Positions 57,852 to 64,000 of a DNA stretch of 64,000 nt are shown piece by piece. Under the pieces are notes generated by a model that saw only the letters and a list, made by a program, of their open reading frames with translations, was not told the DNA's origin and made no database searches. The DNA is from Squalus acanthias. Taxonomy: Eukaryota. Position numbers and translations under genes: made by a program. Position 1 is the first letter of the stretch, and the number at the start of each line of letters is the position of its first letter. The DNA lies in contig CM059425.1 of NCBI GenBank assembly GCA_030390025.1, positions 162,194,001 through 162,258,000 of the forward strand, written 5' to 3'.

Positions 57852-57965
57852 ATGGCTGGACTAGTACAGAAACCTGTAATACAGTTGACGGGATTCAAAC
57901 ATTCTGAAAAAAGGGCCCTTGTTAAATTACTTACTCAGCTAGACTGCATTTATTTTCATGAGCAG
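57852..57965 (+). CDS. SLF1: SMC5-SMC6 complex localization factor 1, coding exon 1
   Basis: cag|ATG...CAG|gtaag; MAGLVQKPVIQLTGFKHSEKRALVKLLTQLDCIYFHEQ resembles the SLF1 N-terminus (IQMTGFK..EKEALVKLL..LDC). Confidence 0.92.
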
Positions 57966-58189
57966 GTAAGTCCTAAGTGATTAGACGAAATGATATTGGA
58001 AACTTTATCTTTTTAGCTGGTTTAATAAAACAACATTTAAATAAAGGATTTTTATTTTATTTTTTGAGACGTCCATTGGTAACTAGAATACAGTACTTTG
58101 GTTCTCTTTAACTTGTCCTCTTAGTTTCAATTGACTAACTAGCATAGCTCTACACATGCCATTCATGTTTAACCAATGCCATAAGAAAA

Positions 58190-58613
58190 AGTACATTACG
58201 TTTATGTAACACCGTTTGCTCTCCGAGTGTTTCAAAACTCTGCATCTAATGAATTGCTTTTCTGAATGTCAAACGTGGCAGCCAATTTGCGCACAACAAA
58301 GTTCCACAAAGAATAAATGAGATAGATAACTAATTTATCTGTTTTCAATGTTGATTGAGGGAAGTTGGCCAGGACAACAGGAAAGCACCCTGCTCTTCTT
58401 TGAATAGTGCCATGGGACCTTTTACATTAGCTAAACCAGAAGACCAGCCTCAATTCAGTGTTTGATCTGCAAGAAGACACCTCTAACAATACAGCATTTC
58501 CTCAGTGTTCCACTGAAGTGTTAGCCTAGATTATGTGCTGAAGTCCTGTAATGGGGAGTGAGCCCACAATTTCTGACTCATAGGTGACCGTGTCACTAAT
58601 TGAGCCAAGCTGA
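58190..58613 (-). mobile_element. Deu-domain SINE, older copy
   Basis: Reverse-complement similarity to 53860-54323. Confidence 0.75.
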
Positions 58614-58860
58614 TACTTGGAGAAATTAGGTGAGGTGACTAAAGGCACAGCTGAAGAGGTATGTTTTTGGGAAGTAATTTTGGAAGAGTTGTAGATAGTG
58701 GAGGGCAAATGATTGAAGGCTCTGAGAAGTGACGTTCATGAATGGATATTTCATTGCGGGGGGAGATGGGTAAGTTATAGAGGTTAGCCAGTATTGGTGA
58801 TGGACTGGATGTCTGGTTTGAAGCTCAGCGCAAGGCTTAGCAGGATTCCCAAGATATATA

Positions 58861-59511
58861 GGGCCAAAAATTGCGGTCGGAGGCATACCTCTGGAGTACG
58901 CTTCCGACCTGCGAAAGAATTACGAACCTATCTGCTGGCAGCAAGGCTGCGAAAACTTGCAGTCTCAGGCTTCAAGAGGGAGGGCATCATAATGGCCCAG
59001 GGACGCAGGCGGTGTGGAAGCGTACCTGGAATCAAATGGGCCTAGTCCTCCAATCACAAAGCAGAATTCCATTTTAATCATTTCCGAAGGAAATCCCCTA
59101 ATGAGATGTAATGGAATCCTGAAATCTAATCTAATTACAATTTACAGAATTGGAATTTTATTCGTAATTACCTTTATTCCACCAACCTCACTAAAAATTT
59201 AATTTTTTTGATAATTTTAGACATCATTCTAATTATAATCAGGGCCAATATTTGCAGAAACTCATTTCATACAGTGTATGTGTATAATTTACGATCTGAA
59301 AATGTTTAATTAATACCTTAGATATCCCCTTACGCTGATGCAAATAGGCCCTGAGCCTGTTTGTTTCAACCGTAACACTTCCGTTCGCAATTGCTGGCCA
59401 GTCGGTGGGCAAATAGCCCAACTCTGCACCAGTGATTGCTTTTCCGTGGCCCGCGCGGATGGCCTGTCAACTCTGAGAGTACGCCGCCATACCGACAGCA
59501 AAATGCAGGCC
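58861..59511. mobile_element. Harbinger-like MITE related to 2960-3754
   Basis: gggccaaaaattgcggtcggaggc start; shared gggcaaatagcccaa...tgcaccagtg block. Confidence 0.65.
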
Positions 59512-61276
59512 ATTGTCTTTGGTTGGGTTAAAGCAGAAAACCAGGAAGAGTGATGACATCAGAGCTTATGCAGAGTTTCTTGAAGGATTTGAACAGAATG
59601 ACTTTCGTCTTCCTAGTGTGGAGCTACAGAAAGTTCTAGTTCATCCAACATTTGACGTTGGAGGGCAGTTAAATTGCAAGTGACATTTGTGGAATCAAAT
59701 ACAGTGGTGGAGAGGTAAAGCTGGATCTCATCAGCACACGTGATGAAAGCTTATGGATGATGTTGCCAATGGTAGCATGTAAATGAGAAATAGGGGACCA
59801 ACAATAGAATCTTGGGGCACACCAGAGGTGACCATGTGATCACTGGAGGAGGAGCCATGTAAGTATTTACGCAAGATGTTTTAGAGGGCTTTTGTGGTAG
59901 TTGGGTACAGCTCTTGTATTGTGATCTGGTTCTGATTAGCTTATAAAGTAAGTGAAATAACTATAGCAAGATAACTTTTTAGGTTGTTTCACGTGTTATT
60001 TGCACAACTCTAGATCTCCCTCCTAACAATTAACTTGCAAGCTGCTGAGTTTGTAGAATATTTTGTATTCAGTTTCCCATTAAGTATTTTTTTTATATTA
60101 CAGTATAACCATTCTGGCATTTAAAAATTCCATATTGTATGTAGTTTCTTAATATGGACCTGTCTTGCATCTTCAGAAGGACATATTCTGATAGCTAATG
60201 CAAGTAAAACTCTCACCTATATTCACTTTAATATAATTTTATATTGAGAATGCTGCTGTTATTTACTGCGGTCTGTGTTCAGTCCATTGAAAATTAAAAT
60301 TAAACAAAAGGATGTGTTTACCAACTTTTTTTTGCCTAAAGTGAGATCCAATTTCCTTCTCAAACATTAGACAGTATTATCTATATAGAATTCTCATTTT
60401 GAACTGTATGAGATGACACTGATGTTGCAGCAGCTGCTCTCTGATTATAGCTTCATAACCTAGTGTTTCACTTTCAGTACAGTTTAGTAATGAATTTAAG
60501 ATTGGTTTGGATAAGTCTTTTAACTGCCTCATAAACAGGAAACCAAAATGGAAACTTAGTTACTTAAAATAGTTGACAATTGAACTAATTATATAATTCA
60601 CAAGTGACTTAAATTTAAGTGTAGTGTAGGGGTCAGATTTCTCGCTAAAAATTCTATATATGTTCAACAGTGGTCTGTATTATCTCTACAAATAAGTACA
60701 TGTTAGGAAGTGATATTTTTAGTGGAGAAAAAGTTAGGTGCCAAAATGTTTCACTGCACGCTCAAGCATCAGTGCTGCGCAGTGGAGGGAAATGGTCTGC
60801 TTTGTGGTCTTGGCTATAATACTTCTGTGAGGTGCTCAGCAGGACATGACAAATGAAATTTAGCACTGATATAAATGTAAATGATTGTATATAGGTCAAA
60901 AATTGTCATAAATACACAATGAATGGAATTAAATTAGCACAGATATTTAGGGTGAATAAAAAGGAAAAATAATTGCAGATGCTGGAAATACACAGTTATG
61001 TCGTCGCTTTCATGCCGATGTTTAGCAGTTGGGTGCTAAAACAGGAGAGTTAAGGTCCTGGAGGCACAAGCTAGATTGGGCGAGAAGGCTTTTTTTTAAT
61101 CTATGACTTTTCTTGTGATCTAATAAGGATATGTGATCTTATTAAAAAAAAAAGGAACTCATTTTAACTTTGTACCTAATATTATCGTTAGGAACACTTT
61201 TTAGTTGGAAAATATAATGTCCCGAATGATGGGGTCTATTTAACTAAAAGTGTTGCTTCTTTTCCTCTAAAACTAG

Positions 61277-61355
61277 GAATATAAGCAGCAGTGCACTCAT
61301 ATGATAGCAAATAAACCAAGCCGAAGTGAGAAATTTTTAGCAGCTTGTGCTGCAG
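61277..61355 (+). CDS. SLF1: SLF1 coding exon 2 (BRCT)
   Basis: tag|GAA...GCAG|gtgag; EYKQQCTHMIANKPSRSEKFLAACAAG; phase fits the neighbouring exons. Confidence 0.93.
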
Positions 61356-61799
61356 GTGAGTAGACACATTCCATATTTACCTTGCTTGTTTATGTTGGGT
61401 GAAAACATAATTTCTTATTGCAAATAGAGTATAGCACTGTAAATAAACATGCACATTTATTTTATCCCCTGGGATAGCAAATTAGTTATTACAGCATGAA
61501 CTCATGCTGCAACAGCTGATTTGCTGCCCCAAGGGATCTGGTAAGAAGATTACTGCTGATGTGCCTTATGCTGCTCTTGTCATTGCTTTACATGGATGCC
61601 GCTCGTACCTGACATTGCTGCTTCACTCCGAGTCAACTCCGTGTACTGTAACTAAAAATTCCTGGTCTTGGAATAGATCAGGAATTCTTGCCCTCAGCAC
61701 AGAGTCCATTTTTGGAGCAAAACAGCAGTGCCAGATATATGTTGCAACCAGTACTCGTACTGATAAGATCATCAGGGAGGGATAGTTCTCTGACCTGAG

Positions 61800-62310
61800 A
61801 TAGTTACATGGGATATACGGCACAGAAACAGGCCATTCGGCCCAACCAGTCCATGCCGGCGTTTATGCTCCACACGAGCCTCCTCCCGTCTTTCCTCATC
61901 TAAATCTATCAGCATAACCCTCTATTCCCTTCTCCCTCATATGCTTGTCTAGCCTCCCCTTAAATGCATCTATACTATTTGCTTCAACCACTCACTGTGG
62001 TAGTGAGTTCCTCATTCTCACCACTCTTTGGGTAAAGAAGTTTCTTCTGAATTCCCTATTGGATTTCTTGATGACTATCTTATATTGATGGCCTCTAGTT
62101 ATGCTCTTCCCCACAAGTGGAAACATTCTCTCTGTATCCACTCTATCAAAATTTTTCATAATTTTTAAAGACCTCTATTAGGTCACCCTTCAGCCTTTTT
62201 CCAAGAGAAAAGAGACCCAGCCTATTCATCCTTTCCTGATATGTATACCCTTGCATTTCTGGTATCATCCTTGTAAATCTTCTCTGCACCCTCTCTCGTG
62301 CCTCCACATC
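61800..62310 (-). mobile_element. CR1-like 3' fragment
   Basis: aggccattcggccc tail; Penelope-unrelated CR1 ORF2 end motifs (agaaacttctttacccaaagagtggtgagaatg on minus strand). Confidence 0.8.
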
Positions 62311-62654
62311 CCTCCTATTAGAGAGGCATAGTTCCTCTGAACTGTGGGAGAGGTGCTAGAGGGGAAAGTGTACCACAGTGAACTGGAGAGATTAGAAGGG
62401 GCGAGAGAGGTTACAGGTGATGAGTGTCTCTAAAGTGTAGCAGGAGAGAATGTCTCTGAACTGAGAGGAGGATTTAAGGGGACAGTGCTTTAGTGAACTG
62501 TATCTTAAGAGAAGTGACTTATAAATTACTAAACTTTATTACTTTCCTTTTATCTTTTTAATGATGCAGTAACAGATATAAAGAGCTGCTGTAAATCTAG
62601 TACCTGAACCCAGATATCTGCTTACTTTCTCTCTTTTCTCCCCTTTCATTTTAG

Positions 62655-62895
62655 GAAAGTGGGTCTTAACGAAAGATTACATCATTGACAGTGCTAAAAA
62701 TGGCAGGTGGCTCAATGAAATCCAGTACGAGTGGGGATATAAAATTCAAAGTAATTCACAGTATCCTACGCCAATGGATTCTGTACCAAAGATATGGCGC
62801 AAGGAGCTGGCCCGTTCTGGTATACCAGGAGTGTTTCACAACTGGAAAGTAGTGCTTCTGATCAGTGATGAAGCAAGGAGAGCTACTTTCAAAAG
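62655..62895 (+). CDS. SLF1: SLF1 coding exon 3 (BRCT end); gene continues beyond the window
   Basis: tag|GA...AAG|gtact; KWVLTKDYIIDSAKNGRWLNEIQYEWGYKI...PKIWRKELARSGIPGVFHNWKVVLL. Confidence 0.95.
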
Positions 62896-63129
62896 GTACT
62901 GTTCAGAAGGGTCATTATTAGTAGATTATACTTAATGTTTCCATGTCCTGTAATATTTGTTGAAATTATTCTGGGGTAAATCATTTTTATATTCCAGAAG
63001 TTTGCTGATTTCTTATGAATTGAGACATGCTGTCACATTAACTCAGCGTATATCCTATGTATGTATAGCAAAATCTTGGAAAAGCGATAGTTTAGCTAGA
63101 GATGAGCAAACAAACACTGAAAATATGTG

Positions 63130-64000
63130 AAAAATATTTATATAGCAACTTTAACGTAGGAAAGCACCTCAAGGCACTTCAGAGAGACATAGGGCTAGAA
63201 ATTGGGTTGCTTTGCGCCTCTCGTTAGCGCCCTCTTGAGTGCCGGGCTGTTTCCACGGCGCCCCGGTGCGCACAGTGCTAGGCCCCTCCCCGTTAATCAG
63301 GGGAGGAGGCCTGCAATGACGCGGCGCTGCTGCACGTAGCGCTGCAACATTGAGTAGTAGCGCCTCAAGATGGAGGTGGAGCACTTTTAATAGCGCTCCA
63401 CCTCCTTCTTGGGGCGCTACTACTGAATTTACAGTATTTAAACCGGCGAGGTTAGCGCCCCAAAATAGGCTATACCCAATTTTTCCCCATAATCAGATAA
63501 AATGGATGCTCAGTCAAAGAAGGAGATAATAGCTTGGTCAAAGAGATCAGTTTTAAGGAGGGTCTGAAACGAGGTGAAGAGTTGGAGGGGTTTGGAGAGA
63601 GAATTATATTGCAGGGCATATTTGGCTGAAGGCAATGAAGGGAAGGATGCACAAGAGGCCAGAGTAAAAGGAACAAGAGTTCTGGTGGGTTATATGGAAT
63701 GGGGAAGGATGCGATCATAGAAATTTAAACACAAGAATGAGAGTTTAAAATTGGAGGTGTTAGGAAGATCTGGAGATGATGTCGATCAGCAAGAACAGGA
63801 GTGATGGGTGACTGCTACTTCATGCTGGATAGGATACGGGCAACAGAGTTTTGGACGAGCCAATATTTAAAGGGTGGAGGGTGCAAGGCCGGCCAGGAGC
63901 CACTGGAGTAGTCGAGTCTGGAGGTGATAAAGACATGGATGAGAGATTCATTAGCAGATGGGCTGAGGCTGAGGCAGAGGCAGGCGATGTTACGGCAGTG
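63130..64000 (-). mobile_element. Degenerate L2 3' portion
   Basis: Reverse-complement similarity to 37975-38630. Confidence 0.8.
63192..63488. mobile_element. Harbinger-like MITE inserted in an L2 tail
   Basis: gggctagaaattgggt / acccaatttttcccc with ATA duplication. Confidence 0.8.

Noticed and set aside
61504..61785. 93-aa ORF in an SLF1 intron
   Set aside because: No homology recognised; the flanking SLF1 exons join in phase without it.

Overview
Vertebrate genomic DNA, most likely a cartilaginous fish (shark-type CR1, L2, Penelope, Deu-domain SINE and Harbinger repeats; inferred from repeat content). About 53 kb is repeat-dense non-coding DNA. It is followed by a CpG-island promoter (about 53.1-53.8 kb) and the first three coding exons of SLF1 (ANKRD32, BRCT region) on the + strand. 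By vertebrate synteny the left part is probably intron 1 of a divergent gene (KIAA0825), but no coding exon of it was found. Notable observations: (1) a 6.4-kb hAT-type element (TIRs plus a perfect 8-bp TSD, no transposase) whose cargo is a decayed cluster of tRNA genes (Thr, Lys, Phe, Ile, Lys) plus an open-ORF Penelope retroelement; (2) a LINE whose EN-RT region is fused directly to a tRNA-derived SINE head, with short head-plus-tail relatives elsewhere in the window; (3) six minimal hammerhead-ribozyme motifs, one as a ~95-bp TSD-flanked mini-insertion; (4) a Penelope copy with inverted terminal arms; (5) several multi-level TE nests. All family assignments are by eye from recalled motifs; no database search was run.
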